From Lytechinus pictus (taxonomy: Eukaryota): a DNA stretch of 64,000 nt. This document shows, piece after piece, positions 1-12,500 of the stretch. The stretch lies in the NCBI RefSeq assembly GCF_037042905.1, contig NC_087252.1, positions 19,470,001 to 19,534,000 of the forward strand, read 5' to 3'. The position numbers and the translations under genes are program-made. Under the pieces are notes generated by a model that saw nothing but the letters and a program-made list of their open reading frames with translations, searched no databases and was not told where the DNA came from. Position 1 is the stretch's first letter. Each line of letters opens with the position of its first letter.

Positions 1-395
1 TTTGCACTATTTATCAAATGTAACTGGGATATAAAATCTGTTATATTTTAAATGAGAATGCTGTTAAATTGTACCTTAATTGGGTGATGGAATGAAGGCT
101 CATATTGGGGAAGGCTAGGTAAATTACGATCGGGTAATTGTAATTCATTTAATAACTTTACCATGTTTTTTATCAGTAAAAAAAAAATTTCTCTTTCCAA
201 CTTTCTTTGAGAAAATGTGAATAGGCATGTTTTACTTTTGGAAAGTGATTTACATGCATGTAAGTGGTTTTCAGAGAATTTCACAACCCTTACCAATACC
301 GGTACTTTTTGTAGGAGCTCTGCTCTTGCATTTTGGCTATGCATACTCCTTTGAACTGGATGGGTAATATTTTTTCTTTTGTAATTGTACTGTAG

Positions 396-534
396 GCTAT
401 GGACTTTACACAACAAGGCAGTTTGAGAAGGACAGCTTTCTCCTAGAATATAGGGGTGTGCTAAGTGTAGCATCTGAGGACACTGAAAACGAAGAATACA
501 CCTTTCATTTCAAGCATCAGGGGGCTGACTATAA
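396..534 (+). CDS. Exon: N-terminal half of SET domain
   Basis: tgtag|GC...TATAA|gtaagt. Translates (G)YGLYTTRQFEKDSFLLEYRGVLSVASEDTENEEYTFHFKHQGADY(K), matching the SET GxG and F(V/L)xEYxG motifs. The phase-2 end fits the next exon. Confidence 0.85.
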
Positions 535-3500
535 GTAAGTTCAATTTAAAAATATGCACTGGTATAAACGACTTATTTGACTTTATTTCAGTACATTATA
601 ATTATTTTTCATAATGTTATGTTAGTTTAAATACATCATACTCATAGTATGGCAGCATGTATTAAGGTTGTGTTTCAGAGGTACCACTGTACTGGCCATC
701 TACATTGTAAGGGGAATGGGAAACACATTTGTTTAATACTAAATTAGTTGAAATGACTGGACTGAAAAATGAATGGCCTGAACAGCTTCCATTAAAAAGG
801 GGGAATTTCAAAACATAAAGCATCTTTAGGGAGAAATATTATTATATGGGGGCAATGAATAACTAAACTTTAACTGAAACACATATTTAGGTACCTTTGA
901 GGAGGAAAATGTGTTAGTTTGAGAATAGTTTATGCTCTATCATCATAAGAGGCCGTTTGAATTTAGTGAAATTGGCAAAGTGAAACAATTTGTACATTAG
1001 TATCTACCGGTAGACTTGTGTTCGTAAGCAATTATAAACCTTTTTTTTTATAACCTCATCAACAGAATTCGAAGGGGCACAGTATATTGGAATCATGATC
1101 ACTGTATGGTCATTCAGGCAGGCGGTCAATCTGTCTGTTCTTTGCGTACATGTATCTTGTAGATCATAGTACTTTCTGATTTTCCAATGAATACTCATGA
1201 AATTTGGCAGATACGCATTGGTCCTGGGGTGATGATTTGCAAGCCACATTGTGTAAGATTGAAGCAACAGAAATTAGAGAGATTCTTATTTGATTTCCCC
1301 AAAATTAGCTCGCTCATGTATTGTAGACAAGTAACTTGAAGGAAAAGTGGATTTATATTACATGTATCTTGTTTTGTGGATAAATTAATACTTGCATAAA
1401 TATGGTATTTAAGGGGAATTCTGTGAAAAATGTGTTATATGGAGAAATATTGAATAGCGGACATGCTTTGTAGAATAGCAGACACAAAATGATGAACTTG
1501 GTATTTGAAGATATTGCAAGGGGAATGGGAAACACATTTGTTTACTAAATTAGTTGAAATGACTGGACTGAAAAATGAATGGTCCAAACAGCTTCCATTA
1601 AAAAGGGGGGATTTCAAAACATAAAGCCTCTTTAGGGAGAAATATTATAATCTGGGGGCAATGAATAACTAAATTTTAACTGAAACACATATATGTATTG
1701 AGGTACCTTTGAGGAGGAAAATGTGTTGGTTTGAGAATAGTTTATGCTCTATTCTCATAAGAGGCTGTTTGAATTTAGTGAAATTGGCAAAGAGAAACAA
1801 TTTGTACATTACTCTCTAGACTTGTGTTCGTAAGCAATTAATAACCCTTTTTTTTCATAACCTCATCAACAGAATTAGAAGGGGCATAGTATATTGGAAT
1901 CACTGTATGGTCATTCAGGCAGGCGGACAATCAGTATGTTCTTTGCATATCTTGTAGATCATAGTACTTTCTGATTTTCCAATGAATACTCATGAAATTT
2001 GGCAGATACGCATTGGTCCTGGGGTGATGATTTGCAAGCAACATTGTGTAAGATTGAGCTCAACAGAAATTAAAGAGATTCTTATTTTATATCCCCAAAA
2101 TTAGCTCGTTGATGTATTGTAGACAAGTAACTTGAGGGAAAAGTGGATTTATATTACGTGTATCTTGTTTTGTGGATAAAGTAATACTTGCATAAATATG
2201 GTATTGAAGGGGAATTCTGTGAAAAATGTGTTATATGGAGAAATATTGAATAGCGGACATGCTTTGTAGAATAGCAGACACAAAAGGATGAACTTGGCAT
2301 TTGATGATATTGCAGGGGAATGGGAAACACATTTGTTTACTAAATTAGTTGAAATGACTGGACTGAAAAATGAATTTTCTAAACAGCTTCCATTAAAAAG
2401 GGGGAATTTCAAAACATAAAGAATCTTTAGGGAGAAATATTATTATATGGGGGCAATGAATAACTAAAATAACTAAACTTTAACTGAAAACCTTTGAGGA
2501 GGAAAATGTGTTAGTTTGAGAATAGTTTATGCTCTATCTTCTGAGTCATAAGAGGCCGTTTGAATTTAGTGAAATTGGCAAAGGGAAACAATTTGTACAT
2601 TAGTATCTAGACTTGTGTTCGTAAGCAATTATAAAACTTTTTTTTTCATAACCTCATCAACAGAATTCGAAGGGGCATACATGTAGTATATTGGAATCAC
2701 TGTATGGTCATTCAGGCAGGCGGTCAATCAGTCTGTTCTTTGCATATCTTGTAGATCATAGTACTTTCTGATTTTCCAATGAATACTCATGAAATTTGGC
2801 AGATACGCATTGGTCCTGGGGTGATGATTTGCAAGCCACATTGTGTAAGATTGAAGCAACAGAAATTAAAGAGATTCTTATTGTATTTCCCCAAAATTAG
2901 CTCGCTGATGTATTGTAGACAAGTAACTTGAAGGAAAAGTGGATTTATATTACATGTATCTTGTTTTGTGGATAAATTAATACTTGCATAAATATAGTAT
3001 TTAAGGGGAATTCTGTGAAAAATGTTTTATATGGAGAAATATTGAATAGGGGACATGCTTTGTAGAATAGCAGACGCAAAAGGATGAACTTGGTATTTGA
3101 TGATATTGCAAGGGGAATGGGAAACACATTTGTTTACTAAATTAGTTGAAATGACTGGACTGAAAAATGAATGGTCCAAACAGCTTCCATTAAAAAGGGG
3201 GGATTTCAAAACATAAAGCATCTTTAGGGAGAAATATTATAATCTGGGGGCAATGAATAACTAAATTTTAACTGAAACACGTATTTAGGTACTTTTGAGG
3301 AGGACAATGTGTTGGTTTGAGAATAGTTTATGCTCTATCATCATAAGAGGCCGTTTGAATTTAGTTAAATTGGCAAAGTGAAACAATTTGTACATTAGTA
3401 TCTAGACTTGTGTTCGTAAGCAATTATAAAACTTTTTTTTTCATAACCTCAACAGAATTCGAAGGGGCATAGTATATTGGAATCACTGTATGGTCATTCA

Positions 3501-6500
3501 GGCAGGCGGTCAATCAGTATGTTCTTTGCATATCTTGTAGATCATACTACTTTCTGATTTTCCAATGAATACTCATGAAATTTGGCAGATACGCATTGGT
3601 CCTGGGGTGATGATTTGCAAGCCACATAGTGTAAGATTGAAGCAACAGAAATTAAAGAGATTCTTATATTATTTCCCCAAGATTAGCTCGCTGATGTATT
3701 GTAGACAAGTAACTTGAAGGAAAAGTAGATTTATATTACATATACAGTATCTTGTTTTTGTCTCGCCTGCGTAGCGAGAGCGAGATATAGGCGCCGCTAT
3801 TCCGACGGCGGCGGCGGAGTCGGCGTCGGCGGCGTCAACATTTTAAGAAATGGTCCCATTCGTAAAGTATTTGTTCAATTTTCATGAAACTTGTACACAA
3901 GGCTTATCAAGTATCTCAGATCATGTGGACCAAATTTCAGGTCATGAATCAAGGTCAAAGGTCATTTGGGGTCAATAAACTTAAATTATGTTGCGAAAAC
4001 TTAACCAAAGGTTAAGTTTTTGATTTTTCCCCTTCATTTCAAAAGCGTTTGTTCAAATTTCATGAAACTAGTACAGAAGGATTATCAAGTATGAAAGATC
4101 ATGTGGACCAAATTTCAGGTCATGAAGTCAAGGTCAAAGGTCATTTGAGGTCAATAAACTTAAATCAGGTTGCAAAAACTTAACCAAAGGTTAAGTTTTT
4201 GATTTTGTCCCCTCATTTCAGAAGTGTTTGTTCAATTTTCATGAAACTGGTACATAAGGCTAATAAAGTGTCAAAGATCACGTGGACCAAATTTCAGGTC
4301 ATGAAGTCAAGGTCAAAGGTCATTTGAGGTCAATAAACTTGAATTATATTTCAAAAACTTCCTCCTCATTTCAAAAGTGTTTGCTTGAATTTCATGAAAC
4401 TGGTACACAAGGCCTATCAAGTATCAAAGATCATGTGGAACGAATTCCAGGTCATAAAGTCAAGGTCAAAGGTCATTTGAGGTCAATATACCAATTATAT
4501 TTCAAAAACTTCCTCATTTGAAAAGCGTTTGTTCAATTTTCATGAAACTGGTACACTAGGCCTATCAAGTATCAAAGATCATGTAGAACGAATGGCAGGT
4601 CACAAAGTCAAGGTCAAAGGTCATTTGAGATCAATAAACTTAAATTATATCTTCAAAAACTTAACCTTTAAGTTTTTAAACTTTCAACCTCATTTCAAAA
4701 GTATTTTTTCTAATTCCATGAAACTTGTTTTAAGATCAGTGTACTGTATTCCGTACATTCTGATCATTTTAATACCCACCCCTTGATACATACATTGTAT
4801 ATATATGTATATGACTGGTTTAAAATGCTGCCATTAAAATTTGTGTGATGCAGGCGAGACCGCCAGGGGCGTTCCACTTGTTTGGATAAAGTAATATGTG
4901 CATAAATATGGTATTGAAGGGGAATTCTGTGAAAAATGTGTTATATGGAGAAATATTGAATAGCGGACATGCTTTGTAGAATAGCAGACACAAAAGGATG
5001 AACTTCGCATTTGATGATATTGCAAGGGGAATGGGAAACACATTTGTTTACTAAATTAGTTGAAATGACTGGACTGAAAAATGAATGGCCTAAACAGCTT
5101 CCATTAAAAAGGGGGGATTTCAAAACATAAAGCCTCTTTAGGGAGAAATATTATAATCTGGGGGCAATGAATAACTAAATTGTAACTGAAACACATATTT
5201 AGGTACTTTTGAGGAGGACAATGTGTTGGTTTGAGAATAGTTTATGCTCTATCATCATAAGAGGCCGTTTGAATTTAGTGAAATTGGCAAAGTGAAACAA
5301 TTTTTACATTAGTATCTAGACTTGTGTTCGTAAGCAATTATAAACCTTTTTTTTTCATAACCTCATCAACAGAATTCGAAGGGGCACAGTATATCATGAT
5401 CAATGTATGGTCATTCAGGCAGGCAGTCAATCAGTCTGTTCTTTGCATATCTTGTAGATCATAGTACTTTCTGATTTTCCAATGAATACTCGTGAAATTT
5501 GGCAGATACGCATTGGTCCTGGGGTGATGATTTGCAAGCCACATTGTGTAAGATTGAAGCAACAGAAATTAAAGAGATTCTTATTTTATTTCCCCCAAAT
5601 TGGCTCGCTCATGTATTGTAGACAAGTAACTTGAAGGAAAAGTGGATTTATATTACATGTATCTTGTTTTGTGGATATTGACCGCCTGCCTGAATGACCA
5701 TACAGTGATTCCAATATACTGTGCCCCTTTTATTTCTGTGACTGCCATGGGAAATTTTTTGAGAGTTAAGACATCTGGCTAGGCATACACGACAAATGTC
5801 ACCTTTGCCCATCCAGTCCACCTACGTTGCCTCATGTCTGTCCCGTTTTGTCCAAGGTGGCCAGAAACGTAATTGTCATGGCCACAAAGAATATAGTGTA
5901 AACCTAGCACTGTTGTTATTTTCAGAATTGATGCATCAGATCCTGGTTGTTGCCTTGCCCGGTGGATAAATGATGATCATAAGCACCCAAACTGCATCAT
6001 TAAAAAGGTCATCTTAAAAAATGATTCAAGTCCACATTTGTGTCTGTTTGCTCTTCGAGAACTTAAGGCGGGAACAGAGCTGAGATACGACTACAACATC
6101 CAAGATCTTCCTTGGAGGCAGGTAAGTTCATGAACTTAAGCAGGGTGTTGGGATTGCTATGGATTCATTATTCATTTGTAGTACCTCTTTAACCCTTCAG
6201 GGTATCTTGACCCTAATATCACGAAGAGGGAGGGGGGGGGGGCACCCCTGTCAAATTTTTGAGAATTTTTTTAAAGAATCAACACACTGAGTTGAAATTC
6301 ATCCTTTGAAAATTATTTTTAGCAGTGTTAAAGAAGTCTTGGCAATGGAATTTAGGGAACACACATTGCCCCCACATGAATGTATTTTAGCAAAAATTTA
6401 AGAGACATGTCCTTGCTTTTGTAGTGTGTCAGCATTTGCCTTGGCATTAAAGTTAGAATATAAGAGGAAAAGTCAGGGAAAATTGTGTGGATCAAACTGC

Positions 6501-9500
6501 TTAATATAATTAGAGTAATCATGCAGAGCTGCCAACCAGTAAGATTTTTTTTTTCCATTTGTTCAAACAATTTTTTTCATTGCAATACAATAATGTGATT
6601 TATTGCAATGACATGCATTAAAAAAAAAAACTTGATTTTGCATGTTTCTTTTTGCCATTACCCAGCCTATGTCACGTTTCCACTCAGAAGAAGCTGCATC
6701 AACAGTGGCTCTAACCCAGCCTTTGTCATCTGAGCAGTCAAAAGAAGCTACGTGTACTTCAGCTATGGAACTTACCCAGCCTTTGTCATCTTGCGAGTCA
6801 GGAGAAGCTTCTTCAGCTGTGGACCTCACGCAGCCTTTGTCATCTGAGCAGTCAAAAGAAGCTACATGTACTTCAGCTATGGAACTTACCCAGCCTTTGT
6901 CATCTTGCGAGTCAGGAGAAGCTTCTTCAGCTGTGGACCTCACGCAGCCTTTGTCATCTGAGCAGTCAAAAGAAGCTACATGTACTTCAGCTATGGAACT
7001 TACCCAGCCTTTGTCATCTTGCGAGTCAGGAGAAGCTTCTTCAGCTGTGGACCTCATCCAGCCTTTGTCATCTGAGGAGTCAAAAGAAGCTACATGTACT
7101 TCATCTATGGAACTTACCCAGCCTTTGTCATCTTGCGAGTCAGGAGAAGCTTCTTCAGCTGTGGACCTCACCCAGCCTTTGTCAGCCTACCAGTCAGAAG
7201 AAACTTCAGTAGTATCGCTCACTTTTCCTCAGTCTTCTTGTCAGTCATTAGAAGATTCTTCAGCCGTGGTTGTCACCCAACCTCTATCATTTTGTCAGTT
7301 CTTAGGAGTCTCTTCAGAAGTATCTCACACTCTTCATCAATCACCTTACCAATTTAAAAAAACTTCAGCAGCAGCCCCGACCGCACCTATGTTTTCCCGT
7401 CATTCACAAGGAGCCCCTTCAGTTGTTGCCCTTGTCCTACCTCAGAAATCTCACCAGTCAGAAGAATCATCTTCACAAGTGGCCTTCACCCAGCCTAATT
7501 CTTCTTGCCTGTCACAAGAAGACTCTTCTGTGCCAATAGAAGAGTTTAGTGATTCTAGTGTCTTGTCTTCTAGTTGTGAAAGCGACAGTGGAGAGGATGA
7601 GGATGATGCACTTTTTGTAACCAAGAGGAAAACTTCAGCAGCAGCCCCGACCGCACCTATGTTTTCCCGTCATTCACAAGGAGCCCCTTCAGTTGTTGCC
7701 CTTGTCCTACCTCAGAAATCTCACCAGTCAGAAGAATCATCTTCACAAGTGGCCTTCACCCAGCCTAATTCTTCTTGCCTGTCACAAGAAGACTCTTCTG
7801 TGCCAATAGAAGAGTTTAGTGATTCTAGTGTCTTGTCTTCTAGTTGTGAAAGCGACAGTGGAGAGGATGAGGATGATGCACTTTTTGTAACCAAGAGGAG
7901 GCGATTAAGCTCTCCCACATACACCACTGATGATGATGTCAATGATCCAAGCTACATTCCATCTGGTTCCGATTTACATGATGAAGGAAGTGAGGTGTTC
8001 CCTTTGGCAGATACAGCTGCTGATGATAAGAAGTCGCATGTCGGCATTGAAGAGAAAGCACCGGTGAAGCAAACTTGTAAGGTCAGTAGTTGTGTAATAG
8101 ACAGCTCTTCGGGACAAGAAGATGTATGCAGTGAGAAGGGAGCATCCTACAAGAAACCATACAGATTCTGTATATACTGCAAACAGTTCAAGTCTAAATT
8201 GTCCGATCATCTTGTGAAAAAGCATATGAATGAAGAGAGAGTGAAAAATGCGCTTCTCCTCCCCAAGAAGCAAAGAATAGAAGAATTTGATGGCATACGA
8301 AAAGAGGGAACATTTGAAGTTAATAAAGAGAGATCAAGAGATGATGAACCATCCTATGAGAGAGAAAGGAAGACCTCCTATAAGACGGATCTTATTATCT
8401 GTGGATCATGTTCAGGTGCCTATGCTGCAGGTTACATGAAGAAACATAAGCGCACATGTGGAAAGTCCTCAGACAGCAGCAGTCCTTGCTTGAACCTTCA
8501 AGCATCCCTTCTCAAATTGGTGCAAATTTCGGATGGCCAGTTCATCGGTGAGGTGTTAAGTAGGTTCCGGAAGGATGAAATAGGCCTTCTGTGTCAGCAA
8601 GATGAAGTACTCGTTGATATTGGACGAAGATTGTGGAGTAAGCAGAAAAGGAAAATGGACAAAAGAGCAGGAGTGCGCAAATCTGTGATGACAGACATGA
8701 GGCGGCTAGCTGGGCTTTATCTTGCATTGAAGGATACCCAAGAGAAGCTTGGACCTCTTCCAGTGCATGCACAGAATGTGTCAGACTTGATGCAAAGGTC
8801 TAATTTCAGACATCTTGAAGAGGCAGTTGAGAAGTTCACTGAGCGTGAAAAGTGTAATGAAGGTGTTGGCATCAAGGCAGGGCTTAAGGTGGGTCTATTT
8901 TATTTGCTTAAGTCATCAAGCAAGATCCTTAAAGCCATGTTTCTCATGGATGACCAGGATGGAGAAGCGGAGCAAATAGACAGATTCACGGCTGTCCTGG
9001 ACTTACAATACAATAATGTATTTGGGGATGCGACTTACCATCTGAACCGCAACCGAGAGGAAAAGTTGAGGAGGCCAAGCGGGCAGTCTTTAGAATCTGA
9101 CATCAAGATTATCAGAGAGTATACGACTACTAGGATCGACGAGCTAGTAGGAAACGAGCTTGAATTCTTCGACAAGCATCGGTTTGTAGAACTCCGTGAC
9201 TGCATAGTGGCACGCCTTACACTTTTCAATGCAAGACGTGGTGGAGAACCGAGCAGACTGTTCGTCAAATGTTGGGAGGATGCAAAATCGGGAGCGTGGC
9301 TTGATAAGCAGCAATTGGACAAATTGGATCCGATAGATAAAGTCCTTGCACAAGACATCAGGGTTGGATACCAGACGGGCAAGGGTAGACACCTTGTACC
9401 TGTTTTGTTTCCCAAGGACACTCATAAAGCACTGGACATATTGGTGGACAAAGAAGTTCGTTCAACTGCATCGGTACTCAGCAACAACACATATCTGTTC

Positions 9501-12500
9501 CCAACAACAACTGGGACAGATTCTCATGTTTCAGGCTGGCATTCTCTAGACAATATCTGTGACAAGGTGACCCTAACCGATCGAAGATCAGTAACGGCAA
9601 CAAAGAACAGACACAGGCTCAGTGTTCTCTTTGCTCTAGCAGATGTACCAGAAGCTGACCGAGGATATATCTTTAAGCATCTCGGTCATTCCGAAGAGAC
9701 GAACTGCCATGTGTATCAAGCCCCACTTGCAATAAAAGAAATCACCGTAGTAGGCAAACGACTACAGTGCATGGATAAAGGTACATCAGGTGAGTTTTTT
9801 GTCATTGCTGTTGGAATTGTTCAAGATTAAACTACTCTAAGAAATGTTTACTGAGAAGTATGTTTTATTGAAGTTTTTTTTTTCAAACTCATGCAATCTA
9901 CAAGTATCACGACTTTTTATATCACTGAAACTTTTATCAGTTCAATAAGGAAGTGAACCAAACCTTTTTTTGGTTGTTAATCTAAATTTGATTGATTTCA
10001 CAGGAAAGAAGGCCTATCTAAGGAGATATTAATGTCATCAGTTGCCATAGTTTTCCCCTTAGGGGAAGCAATTTTATTGAAAGCAGTGGTTTTACTGTCA
10101 AGGAAGTATGGGGTGTAACAGTAAAAAAAACCAGATATAGAATCAAAATTCCTTTACTGAAAATCCACTGTTCGTTTTTTCCTGGGACACCCGGTACAGA
10201 AGATCTTACAGATTCTATAACTTTCCTGTTTCTTGTCCAATTTCATGGCACTTTCACAATTCTCTTCATCAGAACATTCTGTAATTCTTCTGATTTTCTG
10301 AAAGTCCCCTAGACCTGTTATGATTTACATTAGTTTCATGAAACTCATGTTTCCGCTTTGTCTTGTCCTTTCTGTTGAATTGTAGATGATCATGCTGCTC
10401 AGTCAGATGCTGATGATGATGATGATGCAAGTGGGCCTTCACTTTCCCATGCAGGTGAGGATAATACCATATGTAATTGTAATACAATTCATTGTCATTT
10501 TTGTATAGTACATCTTTGAAAATGATTTTTGCTTCTTGTGTTGTTTTCAAAGAAAGTTACAATCGACAGCAAAATATTACTGAAATTAGGCATATAATGA
10601 AAAAAGTTATGATTCTCTATGTGTTTGATAGCTTTCACAAACCAGTTATAATTTTGTAAATTGCTGCATGTATGTGCCCCTTACAAATTGATGGCCTATA
10701 CTCGTATCCCTGCATCAATCCTAGAATCACTCTAATCATTGTTAAACAGGCCCCTATTAAAAAAACATTCAAAATTTTCTCTTTTTGATGTAGAAAATAT
10801 TTGGCAAACTTGTGCAATCTAAAAGTATCATGACTTTATACAGGGTGTCCCAGATAAAAGGAAACCGGGATATTCCATTAATTTTCTCGTGGAAAAATAT
10901 GAATTATGAAATATTAAACATAATCATCATAAAATTTAGTTTTTCCTCTTTTGTTTTACACCATATATGTTAGAAAATGCTCACGCATGGACGATCAAGA
11001 AGAGTTTAGAATTTACGCGTCAAAATCAGCTTGCACAGAATAAGTGGTTAAGATTTGTATGGAAGCTTCATGTTCCTCCAACCATGCTTCACAAAGGGAT
11101 CATTCATTAGCATTTCTTTTATCTTTTTTAAACAGTTCCATTCAGAAACCAGGAACATAAAAGAAATGCTAGTGAACGATTCTTTTCTGAATCAGGGTTG
11201 GAGGAACGTGAAGCTTCCACACAAATCTTCACCACTTATTCTGTGCAAGCTGATTTTGACGCGTGAATTTCAAACTCTTCTTGCTCGTCCATGCGTGAAC
11301 ATTTTCTATCATATATGGTGTCAAACAAAAGAGGAGAAACTAAATTTTATGATGATTATCTTTAATATTTCATAATTCATTTTTACTGAGAGAAAATTGA
11401 TGGACTATCCCGGTTTCCTTTTTTCTGGGACGCACTGTATATCACTGAAACTTTTTCAGTACATAAGGAAGTGAACCAAACCCTTTATTTGGTTGTTAAT
11501 CTAAATTTGATTGATTTCACAGGAAAGAAGGTGTACTTGAGAAGGAGATATAATGTCATCAGTTGCTATGGTTTTCCCTTTAGGGGAATCAGTTTTTTTT
11601 AAAGTAGTGCCTTTACTCTCAAGGAAATAAAGAAGATCTTAAAGATTCTATAACTTTCCTGTTTCTTGTCCAATTTCATGGCACTTTCACAATTCTCTTC
11701 ATCAGAACATTCTGTAATTCTTCTGATTTTCTGAAAGTCCCCTAGACCTGTTATGATTTACATTAGTTTCATGAAACTCATGTTTCCGCTTTGTCTTGTC
11801 CTTTCTGTTGAATTGTAGATGATCATGCTGCTCAGTCAGATGCTGATGATGATGATGATGCAAGTGGGCCTTCACTTTCCCATGCAAGTGAGGATAATAC
11901 CATATATAATTGTAATGCAATTCATTGTCATTTTTGTACAGTACATTTTTGAAAATGATTTTTGTTTCTTGGTGTTGTTTTCAAAGAAAGATAGTTATCT
12001 GTTTTTTGTTTTGTTTTGTGTTATTTACAATGTACCAGAGGAGCGATGTTGGTTTTATTTCTGTTTATCAATGTACATAAAGGTATTAACCTGGTAGAAA
12101 TCAGAAGAAAAAATGAAATGACTTGTATTTTTTTATACAAATGTTCTAACACATGTGCATTTCAGTCTGTAATATCTCTTTGGTTTCAAACTGATTAGGA
12201 GATAAAATCAGGCCTTGTACAGTGTAGTTGTAATGGCTTTGGAGGATAAAGCTTAGATGATGCCACTTTGAAAGAATTTTGAGCAATAATCAGTTTACGT
12301 ACTCCAACATGTCATATTTTTGTTGCTTTATGGGTTTTATAGATAAAAGCTTGGTACACTCCATATTTTTTTTTTCTCCATTAAACTGTATCTGTAGATA
12401 CGGCCTCTCGTGGTAAACAGAAGATGACATCTGCCCTTCCCAAAAAAGGTAATTATGGTGTAATATTAATTTATAAAGACCACTTACTGATATTGCATGA

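Noticed and set aside
1353..5123. Recurrent 60-87 aa minus-strand ORFs (MFPIPLAISS..., MKSPLFNGS...)
   Set aside because: By-products of the 800-bp repeat; frames shift between copies and no domain is recognisable.
6642..6665. ATG at 6642 as the true start of a stand-alone 1062-aa gene
   Set aside because: It lies in the polypyrimidine tract of an acceptor that joins the upstream SET exons in frame, and the ORF's last residues run past a GTGAGT donor.
6563..7171. 202-aa minus-strand repetitive ORF
   Set aside because: Antisense shadow of the coding minisatellite in the SET-YR exon.
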